Shown here: positions 24,001-36,357 of the stretch, one piece after another
Layout of the letters: each line of letters starts with the position of its first letter
Position numbering within the stretch: position 1 is the first letter of the stretch
Source: Cycas panzhihuaensis
Taxonomy: Eukaryota > Plantae > Cycadophyta
Reading direction: 5' to 3'
Length of the DNA stretch: 64,000 nt
NCBI GenBank assembly: GCA_023213395.1
Contig: CM041465.1
Location: 141,057,741 to 141,121,740 of the forward strand
Position numbers and translations under genes: made by a program
Notes under the pieces: generated by a model
Told to the model about the DNA's origin: nothing
Databases searched by the model: none
What the model saw: only the letters and a program-made list of their open reading frames with translations

Positions 24001-26265
24001 ACTGTTATTGATGGCGCACGGGATTAGGAAGGTAGGACGCCGACAGAGGTGTTACGAAGATCAGATTCAAATGCCAACAGAGAGATGGAGTAGGCGCTGA
24101 CGGGAGCCAAAGTCTTACCTTATTTGGGAAGCAGTCAGGAACCTTGGAGTTTATGTAGTCAAGGGTTTTGTGGAGGAGGTGTATACCATTGAGAGTTCTG
24201 GAGGGCAGATGACAGCTGATGGAAAACGTCACCGCACAACTGGAGGAATACTACTGTTCAACTTGTTCGTTCTGGTGGAATAATTGTTTACTCTACGTAG
24301 TGGATATCCAACAATCTGGCATAAGAGATGGGCTTAACCTGTGTGCATGCGAATAAGCTTGATTCCTTGAAGGCAATCAAGGAGGTTAATTCTTCTAATA
24401 CAGAATGCCCTGAAAGGATTAAAGATAAAATATAGAAGTTCTTCAAAATCAACTAGTTCTCAAAGTCCACCGTAAAGGAAAATAATGTTTGCAATATGTT
24501 GAAAAATGTTATGTGAAAAATGTTGTTTCTCATAAACAGTTTCTTAGTATGTCTAACAAGGAATTAATTGTATCAGAAGCCTAATATTCAATTCATGAAG
24601 TCACTAAGCCCACTGGTATTGAGGTCAAGGTTCATGGTTCAAACCCCGCTATAGATGAACCCGCAAAGAAGAATAAGAGTCGGAAGAAGAGGGAGGCTTA
24701 ATGGTATATTTGTAGCGCTAATATGCAGTGTTCAGCATATAAAGAAACAACAATTTAGCATGTATACTGAGCATGAATACATGCATCAACCCTTTTCCAA
24801 AACAGTACTTGGAGGCTGGATATAGAAAAAATAATTAGACCTAATACATAACATACACCATGTATCTATGGGTGTGCTCTAAGATTTATAACACCCAGTT
24901 CATATATTATTTTTAGATCGAAAGTATGATATAAAATATTCAATTTTGTACTCAATCCATTGTTGGTAAAGAACAATGTAAATATTTTATATATACAAAT
25001 GATTCAAAGAATTTTCTTCTATATAAATAACATGGGATTGCTTGATTATTTTGAAGTCAAGATTTCAGTTTGTAGATTCTTAAGCTATATTCAAAAAAGA
25101 TTTTTTTATTATTTGACAGAGGTATAACAAATAAATGAAGTATATACACTTGTATTTGAGATCTTTTCAAATATATTGTAGCAAATATTGCAAAAAAAAA
25201 GTGTTTAAAACTAAAAAAATAACTGAAGAACCTGGAGAACATAGTTGTAAATAGAATGGAGCCCCAAGTAGCTGTAGTAGATTTGTAGTTGAAAATAGGC
25301 TTCAAAAACTTTCAATATACAGATCTGCAATGTATTATTCTAAAAAGAAAACTAAATTGCTCCAGAAATTGTAGATCTATAGAAAACTTGAAAATATAGT
25401 CAAACAATATAATGAAAAATATAGATCTGAAATGAAATACAATAGATCTGAACTAAATGTAGCAGAAAATATTAAAAAAACTTGATAAAATAAGTAGATC
25501 TTAAGCTAAATAATGAAAATCTAACGTGAGTATAGTAAATAGTAGATCTGAAGTAACAAATTACAGATCTTTGAAGAAAACTTGATAACTTTTGTATGCA
25601 GCTGATGCTCTTTTGCAAATCTGCGAAAAATATCAAATAAGTAGACAAAAAACTTGTAAACTATCAAAATATATGATAAATCTATAGATCTGAAGAGAAA
25701 ATAACTTAAATATGAGAATAAGACTTGAATGTATATAACTTGCTGCTAAAAATCCTGCGTAGATCTGCATAAATCTTCACAGATCAGTAATCGCCTGCTC
25801 TAATACCAAATGTTGGAAATATAATAGACAAGGAGAATAGGTCAGAAGATATAATAAACTTCAATATATTCAAAATAACAGTATTACATCAAATATTCAA
25901 TACAAATCTATATAACAATGTAGCAATACAGATCAATGTTGTACAAATGAACTATGAGAGCATGATCGCATTGTCTTCAATCCATTGTTGTTGAGAGCAT
26001 GATAAATATCCTCAAAGGAGGTGGTGTCTAAAGACACTAAGGTTGTACACCCCATAATATAAATAGTTTTGGAGGAGGAGGGAAACTCCTCAACCCCTGA
26101 ATTCAAATTAATAATAAAATAATGTAATTTAACTCAAATAAACTAACTCAAATTAGCATTAACTTACCTTAACTTACCTTGACATGTTGAGCATCACATG
26201 TCTAAATTGAGGTGCACAATCCTGGTAGGTAAGAGGGAGTTGAGTGATGACGTTACACTCCAACA
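21056..26265 (-). mobile_element. Non-autonomous copia-derived LTR element (TR-GAG/LARD-like), 5210 bp
   Basis: 455-bp LTRs 21056-21510 and 25811-26265 (about 25 differences by eye, nearly all transitions); TSD gatgt; PBS ~25797-25808; PPT 21511-21522; no PR/INT/RT. Confidence 0.95.
21520..22267 (-). pseudogene. Truncated copia Gag N-terminus fused to an acidic region and a conserved YKFHKFKE tail
   Basis: MTRFPIFDGQNFAQW...KDNEALGLL...TTSKSV*DLLISIYGG, continuing into ORF 21419-22033. Confidence 0.8.
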
Positions 26266-26869
26266 GATGTATTTTATTATTCATCCTTTCTCTCATAGAG
26301 GGTATAAAGAATGGTCCATTCCTCATAAGAGGTTTGGACAGTTCTAATATTTTGATCTACTTGCTCTTCAACTGCCAAGTGGAGGAAGTATTAAGCAATA
26401 TTATCCTTAACTTTAAAGTTAGCTAAGTCTATAGAATTAAGATAAATTAAGGTATCAAGATCATTAGGGTTTTATATTGGTTTAGGAAGGGGTATGTCTC
26501 CATTGACATAAGCCTAAAAGTCATTCATGATAAGTAGATTTTTGACTTATTTTTCCATGAGATGAAATTATTGATACCATTAAGTTTAATTGTGTTAGAT
26601 AATTATATTTATACTACTATTTTTTGAAAGTTTTCTTTTGTCTTTAAAATTTATATGTTTATTTACTAATCTACCTAAGGGGCTACTAATCTAGAATTCT
26701 AATATTTAAGGGTCTCCAAGAAAGTTTTCAATTACTATTCTATTTAGTGGTGCTTACCCACAAGTGGTAAACTAGGGACCCTATATACTAGTATGTGAGC
26801 TAAAGGCTCTATATACCTTAGAATGTGGTTTGTAATGAAGGTCAATGACCCCCTTGATTTGTTTCTCCA

Positions 26870-26937
26870 GCTATGTCAGACTTGAACCTAGCCCCAGATC
26901 TAGCAATAAGAAATTGACCAACTGAGGCACTCACCCC
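26870..26937 (-). mobile_element. Possible tRNA-derived SINE head (Pol III A and B boxes)
   Basis: Minus strand GGGGTGAG-TGCCTCAGTTGG (A box-like) followed ~30 nt later by GGTTCAAGTCT (B box-like); no tail or TSD found. Confidence 0.35.
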
Positions 26938-28599
26938 TTTTGGGTCTAACCTGATCTTTAAACTCTAATAGGAAGGCTCCCACCTTAGCCTACCACCTAT
27001 TATACCTTATAAGCAATAGTTTCCTTAGAAAATTAGAGTATACTAAAGGTGTGTTCTAGGTGGCAACTTCAGGGATCCTAACCATTCCCTTTGTAAGGCT
27101 AGTATAAAGAGGTTAATTCAAGAGTTATCTTTTTTAATGTGATAGTATTGATTTTATGAAGTGAGTTATTACACACAAGGGTTCTTTTCAACAAAATAAC
27201 TTAAATATAAGATGGAATAACATAATAAAATCATCCAAGATCTAAGATTCATATGCTACTGATAGAATATCAAGCTGTACTAATATAATAATATAATAAA
27301 CATGTAGAAAATAAGAGTATAACTGAGATAAATTATTCACAGGCAACTTGGTCATCATATGAGGCTTAAAAATGGTAGAGCTTTTCTATAAACTTAAAGA
27401 TCAAGTACAAAAGAAAGATATGCGGCTTAATTTATAAGAATTCCACCAAGATTTTAAATAATACAATTAGTCGACTAAGTGACACATGTGATGAATCCAA
27501 CATGAATATAAAACATGATTAATTTTATAATATGGATCAGTTAAAGTATAAAATACACCTAATATATATAAATTACAATGAAATGAAGGTGACATTATAT
27601 AATATTTTAATAATTAGGTAGATTCATATCAAATTAGGTTTTTTTTTTAGTGCTTGAATAGACTGATTATTATTTGTTATTTGTACTAATAAGAAAATTA
27701 TATCCTAGATATACACTTAGGATTTGATTTTACTTACTCCTTATGTGGCACCCTTAATGTAGCTCTCACCCCTTCACTTAGGACTTGTGTGATTAACTAG
27801 GACATGGCATCACTAGTATACAAACATTTTCTCTCTTAAGGACAAATGTCTACCATTGTAAAGAAATTTTTTATGGACTAGGACTTGATATCATTAATGT
27901 ATAAACTTCTTTTTCTTTAGGATCATTTCTCTTATTATGTTTTAAACACTAAAGGTGTTGGATTGTTATGCTATCATACTTTGGGTTGAGAGTAGTTATT
28001 TCTCTTCTCTTATATTCACCTCTAAGTATAAGAACCCTTTAGAATTGAATGTAGGAATCCTTAAGTAGTCCATCCTTATAAGTGGATCATTGTTGGGTGA
28101 GAGAGTCGCCTATGACTAACCCCTGATAAGGTCATTAATCTAGGGTCTCATCTCTTATCAGTCCTTACACTTGTCAATCCTCCCATGCTTTAACTAGATC
28201 AATGTAGATTCTTTGACTTTTAGGCAGGATAATAATCTATGTTAGGGCATTACATATAGAAAATAATTGGGGGGGTAGATGGATAGGAAAGCCTAAGTTA
28301 TTTTCTTTAGCGCAGGGTCCCCTATTAATCCTTCCATATGTAGTGAGATTGTTTGATCTCTTCCCCAAGTTAATGGGGGATCTTACTTGTGTAGATTATT
28401 TGATATGGATTGATTATATTTATCTTTAATATGGGTTTGTTATTTCTTAATTTTAATTTATTTTATAAATAATAGAATAGATAAGCAATAGTTTTAATTT
28501 CTTATACTTGCTTAACATATATCTAGCGAATCATCCCTTCTATTTAAGAGAAGGATTGAGGGTTCCTCTTAAGACATATCACCTTTGTCTTCGCTCACC

Positions 28600-31500
28600 T
28601 ATGATCTTTCTTAGGTGATTTATCCTAAGTCTTGAATATAAGGAGTATGATATAGTTAGAGATTTACACAAGTACTTTGTTAATATGAATTTATATAGTT
28701 ATGAATTTCCTAGATCAAAAGAAGAGAGATATAGAAATATTTTAGTCTACTTATATAAGTAGCAATGTAGTAAATGTAGTGGAAGTGGAAGAGGTTATGT
28801 AGACTATATATCTATTAAATCGATCCAAAAATCCACCATTCTACATTTCCTTGCATATTTATAACAAGTATATACTTCATAATTATATAATAGGTACCAA
28901 GCCACTCATAACATTATACCCATATAGGAATGAAGGCACTAGAATTGGATTACTCTAAAATGGAACAATTAACAAAAGCTTTTGATTCTCAATCATCAAC
29001 TGTATTAGGATAAATAAAAGACATAATACTCACTCATACTTCTAGCACTAAGATTTTAGTTATTATGATTATAATAGTTATGGACATGCCAATAATTTAT
29101 GGAATGTTATTGGGTAGAGATTGGATAATGGATATTGGGTCTATACCTAATGTCTAGATGAATACTTTTACCTTTCCACTAGGGAAGGATCTCATTACTA
29201 TTCATAGAGAGGATGGATATCCTATACACATTCAAAATAGAGAGGATAATATACTTGGTTGTTTATTTGAATACACTATCCTAGGAACTTATTTAATCTT
29301 TTATGAAGAGGAATTATTACCAAATAAGGAGGAGGAAGAATATCATAACTCAAAAAAGTTTGATGCACCTATATGGATCCTATATTTGGATGGTACTAAA
29401 TCCAAGTTTATAGTAGCAACTAATGTGGTATTAATATCCCCTAAGACACTCTTTTCCTTTTTGTATAATTTAGCATTTGATTATACTAATAATACAGTTG
29501 AATATAAAGCTCTTATACTCAAACCATAGAAGACATGTAACTTAAAGGTAAAATAATTGAAGGCTCTATGAGATTCAGAACTAATTATTATGTAGGTCAG
29601 AGAAGTATATGCTACTATGTATGATAGATTAAGAATGTATAAATCAATATTATTATAGTTGATGAATGATTTTGAAGCATTTAATATACAACACATCCCA
29701 ATGGATGAAAATCATTTTGTAAATTCATTAGTTTTGGTTACATCAGTAATGAATGGAGTTGATGTTATCAGTTAGAGAAGGGGGTCTATGGAGGTAATTG
29801 TTGGGTCTACCATCCCTGATAACTTAAGTCATTTATCAATTTTTAAGAAAAAAGATTAATTAATAAGATTTATCTTAAGTGGAGATGAATTCATTAGGCT
29901 GTATATAGATGAAATTGAGCTAATTCCATCTAATGTCCAAACTCCTACTAATGAAAAAAATTTATGTATAAATGACTTGCCAAAGAACCAAAAAAATTCC
30001 TAAGAGCTTAATTACCTTTGAAGATATTTATAATCTAGATGATTCTATAAGAGAAGAGGTAATCTAGCTAGAAGAACTAAAAATAAATTTGTAGAAAGGG
30101 GTACCTTAAAACCTTGGTTCTGAGGACCCTAAGAATATATTATTAAGAAAAACTTATATAGAAGAAGAAGTTCAATAAATTCTTTCCTAGTGCCAAAAAT
30201 ATTGAGATGTCTTTACTTGGTCTTATAAAGGTTTAAAAGGGTTTGATCCTCAAATTATGAAGAATAAAATTACTTTAAAACTTGGCTCAAAACCTTTTTA
30301 GATAAAAGTAATGATCCATTAACCCAAAGATCAGATGGCTTATAGGGAAGAGATTTAGAATCGGTAGCTAACCTAGTCTCAATAAAAAAAAAAAGTACGG
30401 ATGGGGAGATAAGGCTATGATTTGACTTTAGAAATCTTAACAAAGTATCTTTGAGAGATAATTATCCTCTACCTAGAATGGAATAATTATTATAGGTGGT
30501 AATAGGCTTAGGGATGATGTCTTTATTAGGTGGGTTTTCTGGGTATAACTAGATATTGCTTGATGAAAAATGTAGCCACAAACCTGCTTTTACTACTTTA
30601 TAGGGAACATTTGCTTATAAGAAGATGTCAATTAGGTAAACTAATTCTAGGGATACTTTCCAAAGAGCTATGGACCAATCATTTAAAAGTCTTTAGCTTG
30701 TAATTATTATATTTTATCTAGATGATATAATAGCATTCTCAAAGGATAGAACTGCCCATATTAAACACTTAAGGTAAGTTTTTGAAAGGTGTAAATAGTT
30801 TATAATTTCATTCAATTCAAAGAGCACTATCATTAGAGTTGTGAAAGGAAAGTTATTAGGACATGTTATTACATAAGAAGGTACATGTATTGATCAATCT
30901 TTCTTTAGTAAGATCAACTTCCTAAGGAGGTTTATTCTAAATTTTATTAGGATCAAGCTATCTAATAATAAATTACTAAAGAAATATGTTCCTTTTAAAT
31001 GGAATCAATCATCTTGGGTAACATTTAATGAGTTTAAGTAGGCTATAACTCAAGCTCTTATAATTTTAGCTCTAGATTTCAATAAGGATTTTATTTTATA
31101 TACTTATGCATTTAAAGTTTTACATGTAGTAATACTTCTTTAAAAGAATAGTCAAGGAGAAGATAGATCTATAACATTCTTAAGTAATAGTCTAAAAGAA
31201 CATTAGTTTAAATATATTGGTAGAGAAAAATCAATCTTTGCTTTAGTAAAGGCCATTGAAGCTTGTAGATATTATATCACATATAATCATACAATGGTTT
31301 AAATCCTAATGTGTTCAATTAAAAGCATTGTTATAGATGTAGTTCCTTTAGGGAAATGGGACAAATGGATTATTAAAAATTCAAGAATTTGACTTAGAGA
31401 TAAAGCCTATTAGTGTCTAAGGACTATGCTTACTGATTATTAAATATGAATTACAGAGGTTAATTAAAGTTGAACAAAAATTAGAGAAGTATGGCATTCC

Positions 31501-34500
31501 CATGATGTGATTTCCCATACACATGCTTCATTTAAGAGATGCACTTCTAAAAGATAAAGTTCCATGTATGAAGGTCTTATGAAGAATGCATTAATATAGG
31601 AAGGCCTCATGTAGGACACATTGATGTGGGATAGTCTCACATTAGAAAGTAAAATATGTGAAAAGAAGAACAAAACAAAAATAATATATGCATAAACATC
31701 TCCTACATGAATGATGTTTCTCCATACCAGTGAGCAAAGAAAGAGCTTCCACATAGGATGACTTCATGTAGGAAAGGAACATATGAGAATACTCTTATAT
31801 AAGTTCATATTTTACAATATAATTCTTACCAATTTAAATTCTCACGTCAAGATTAACATGAAGATTAATACAAAGACACCTAAAATTTTGGGTTGGCACT
31901 TATGAGATTAATCTAAAAAGTTCCAAATTAATACAAAGAATATGGTATTAAATTCAAGTATATGGATGATATATCAACTACTCTAGCATTATTTTGTATC
32001 ATTTAAGATAAAGAATTAGAAGAGCACCAGTGGGACAAAGGTGAAAGTCACAAATACTGGTGGGGATTGCATGTAGTAAAAGATTGATAATTTAGAATTC
32101 ACAATGCTTTGTGATATTTTCCTCATTTATTAAGAAGAAAAATCGTAAGGTTATAGTTGTTTATACATCCTATAAATAATATCAATAATAGAAGACACCA
32201 AAGTGTGTTACAAGTGATTAGATCTCTAATTATATCAATGAGAAAAATACAGAGGAGGACACTAGTGGCATTATGGGATAGCTAGAATTGCTTTTATGCC
32301 AAAGATGTTTCCATGCCTCAAATTAATAGGGCAATTCTCCCAATGTTTAGACAAGGAATTCAAACAGATTATTGTAGATAATGAACAAACCATTATCTTA
32401 CTCATTGTTAAATATATTACAAGAATTTTTTAACTTCCTAAACCAAGCATATCCTTTAACATTGACAAGTTGTAGAGCATAATAACAAAAGATAAATAGT
32501 TTATGAAGGACATAAATGAATAGTATAAATAATTTCCAAAAAAGGTAACAAATAAAGCAGTACATAAATTATAGATATTCTAAGACAATATTAGACTTTG
32601 AATTTTGCTTTTTCTATAGGATTTTTAGATGTAGCGATGATTTGTAATTGGTGTTATTACATGTGTTCATATTTTCGAAATGCATAAAGAGGAACTTCTT
32701 GATAGACTAGGCATAAATTATGAGTTAAACTCTTATTGATCAACTCAAAGGATTGCATGGGGGCACCCCTTTCTATATGTCTTCTTACCTAATATATGCG
32801 ATGTTAAGGATCATCTACTACCCTAAATTTTTTAGGTTAATACAAAAAATGCACCCATACAATCCCAATATACGAAGGCATGGGTAATCAGGGTACCATA
32901 TCTTCTTCATTCATGGGTCAAGATATTCTATATTTTTACTATTACTCTTATACATCCTTTGGTAAAAATGGATGAAGACATGAAGACTTGGTTGAGAGGA
33001 ACAAAGAAGATGCCATATGGTGATTTTTAATTTATTTAAAAAATATTCCACTTTATAGTTACATGGTTTGAAAGGTTTTCTACCCATTTTCTACCTATGT
33101 ATGCACCTCCTAAGTTGTTTATCATAGAGATATGTAGGTATTTTATATCCATTAGAGGGAAGTTATACCCTACCTTTAAGAAGACTCCTTTTTAACCTAA
33201 AGTAGTAACCATTGGATACTAGAGACTTAAGGAATGGAGAGTAGAGTATGGGGGTAAACCCCTTATCATGAGTAATTTAAGAAAAAATCCCTCAAGATAC
33301 TATGACCCTAATAGGGTAATGGCCAATTACTTAAGGAGTATCAAGTTAACTCATGAAGAACATTAGGTTGATAATCTTAAACCTTATAAAAACCAAGATG
33401 ATGAAGATAAAATCTATAAAATAGAGCTAAATGCTTATTAGAGTAGAGATTCCTATATTACACACTTAATAGAGCCACATATAGATAAAATACTTGTAGA
33501 AGAAGAAGTTAGAATTGCAAATAAAGTGTGGAGGAATAACCCTTAAAGGAAATAAAGAAGAGGAAGATATTAGAGAAGCAAGATGAGAAGGAAGGAGGAA
33601 AGAAAAAGATGAAAAAGCTTATCCTCTCATCTTCCCCATAACTAATTTTTGAATAAATGGAGGGATAAGTCCATGTGACTGAGAAAGGAAAAATAAATGC
33701 CATGTGTCAAGAATTAGATAATCAACCATCTTCTTCCTTTCCTCTAAAGATGACAAAAGAACAACAAATCAAACTAGTTAAATTAGTATTTAATCTTATA
33801 GGATAAGCATCATCCATTCAATTTTCTCTAATTTGGATAGGATCTCAAGAAATGATCAAAATGATAGAGGACATTGAGGAGGAAATTGAGATATATCCCT
33901 TTAAGTAGGTTGAAATTCATGAAACTCTTATAATATTAGGAGAGGTTATAGAGGGAAAATAAGAATTAGAAATTTCAATTGAATCTCATCAAATTATAAG
34001 GGAAGTAGGATATACTAAGAAAGATCTACAAATACCTCATCATGAGTAGGGAAACCCTTAGAAAATCTTAGAATGAAAAGAGATATGGAAAAGGAAGGAG
34101 ATCTAATAATTCACATAGGAGCCTAGGAAAAAGAGATTAGGGAGGGACCTAGAGAAGCATCCCCTCAACTTGAACATCTCATCATTATCAATAAAGAGAA
34201 CAATGAGATCAAATATAAGATACAAATTTAGGTTGGGATGATGTTACAGCACTAAGGACTGATATAGGAAGGATACTAGAACTAGATCCCTAAGTAGTAG
34301 AATAATTAAAGAATAAAAGTCTATCATTTACCATGGCTTAGTTGACAACCTTTAAGTAAGAGTCAAAAGAGGCATTCTACCAATGGAGAAAACAAGAAAA
34401 GATTCTTAATAAGATGTTAATCAAAGGGAAAAAGGTTATTTAATCATTCACTTGGTCCACTAGGGAAGATACCATTATTGAATCTATGGACTTACACCTA

Positions 34501-36357
34501 ACCATTGGTCAAATGGTAAAGGATAAAGTCTCTACCTTATAGATTTAATTACAATAAGTTATTAAGGAGAATGTGACTATGAGATAAGAAAATTTAATAA
34601 TAAATCAAAAATTTAACCAACTGAAGAACACTTAGTAAGGAGTCATTAAGAAAACATCCAGTGAAGAAGTTGAGATTAAAGTAAGTGAATTGCTTAGTAG
34701 TTTAGTAGTTGTTGTTAATGCTATATACTCAATTGAGAAGTATATGGATAAAATATTTAATGAGAACTAATTATTAAGGCCTTATACATGTAAATTCTTT
34801 CATAGACTCTTCTCCTTACATAATAAAATTCAAAGGCTTAAAGTGGTAACTACTAAATTAAGAAGTATTTATTGTATGATAGTATAGCTAGAAGGATCCC
34901 TTTTCAAATTTAAGAGTTGGATGATAGTATGGGGATACAAGAGTAAAGAGAATGATAAATATTTTATTAAAAAATGGAAGCATATTTTAGAAATAGAGAT
35001 AGAGAAGACTCAAGTGATAATAACTAATACTAGAGGTCTTGAGACTACCTTGAGTAGTACTAGGAGGCAAGTATTCTTAGTTATCCCACACTTGAGTCCA
35101 TCCATATTAGAGTAGATTTAGATAATGGATAAGTAGGAGATTGTGAAGGTTATTGATAAGAATCAAATAAGAAAAAATAATTATTCAATTTTACTATTGT
35201 AGATAAAGTGGATGAGTGGGTCATAAGAGATGAAGATTATAGGGCATAATAGGTTATATTGAGAAATTTGTTAAAGTAATGAGACTATAAGCTTAGTATT
35301 ATTAAAGAACAAGTGTGTAAATTACAAGTATCCTTAGAGATGTTGGGTCCTTTACTAATGCAAGTCATCCACTTAAAAATATAAGCTAAAGTTAGGGCAT
35401 GTTCTTTGAATCCTGTTACAAAATAAGATAAAGCTCATACAGGTGATAATGTTTAAGATTCTTTACTCTAGTACAAGTTAAATCATAGAGCTTTCTATAA
35501 CTAGATATGGGATGTCAACTATTAAACAATTTTTGAGATTTTATCTATCTTGTCTAACTACCATATGGAAGAAGAGAAAGATCCCTAATAGATTTGTCTT
35601 TATAGTGACATATCCAACTACCACATGGTACCAATTACCTTAGATAAAACAAAAGTGCTTCTATATAGAAGAGGATATGAGTGATTTATGCTAATGTAGG
35701 GTATAAAAAAGGAAAAAAATGAGAAGATTTATGATTTTTATCTGTCTTTGGTTTATTGTCCATATGCATGCTTATTATCAAGAGATTATAATTTAAGGTA
35801 AAAGGACTCATACAAAGTAGGCTACTAGATTATAAGAATCCCTTGGCAAGTATATTTCCCTCCTAAAGATCTTAGATTATTGTTTATTTGTATCAAGGTT
35901 CTATTATGAGTAGTATATTTGCACTTAGTTATCTCATTATAAACAAACTATTTTGATCATTATAATATAAATGTCTCAGGCTTATATTTTATTTCATCTC
36001 ATTTCATTAAGTGCTTTATTTGATAGTTTACGATTAATCATTTTATCCCATGAATTAGATTTTAATTGCTCATTTCACATATTTATTGTTATGAGTTATT
36101 TTGTCATTTACTTGATGATCCATGATTGAAAAGTGTCTAGATATTAGTTATGGATTTCTAGCGATCTTCTAAACTTTAATATGGGATTATTAAGGAAATA
36201 AAAAACTCTATTTCTTTATATTTTACATGTTAATGAGGGATTAATTGAAGGGTTAGTTAGTGAGATTAACAAACTAGGTTTGTCTCAATATCACTAAGAG
36301 TCTTTACTACTAGTTTAGCCTAGGTAGATCAAGACATTAACTCAAAACACTTCAATA
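28600..36357 (+). mobile_element. Decayed Ty3/gypsy Tat-type element: PR ~28800-29150, aRH ~29370-29760, RT ~30200-30900, RH ~31050-31430, extra ORF ~32300-35520, PPT ~35814-35824, 3' LTR ~35825-36357
   Basis: YGMLLGRDW (PR); WILYLDGT...TNNTVEYKALI (aRH); DFRNLNK...DNYPLP, FSGYN, YLDDI (RT); FILYT, EKSIFALVKA (RH). 5' LTR not identified. Confidence 0.8.
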
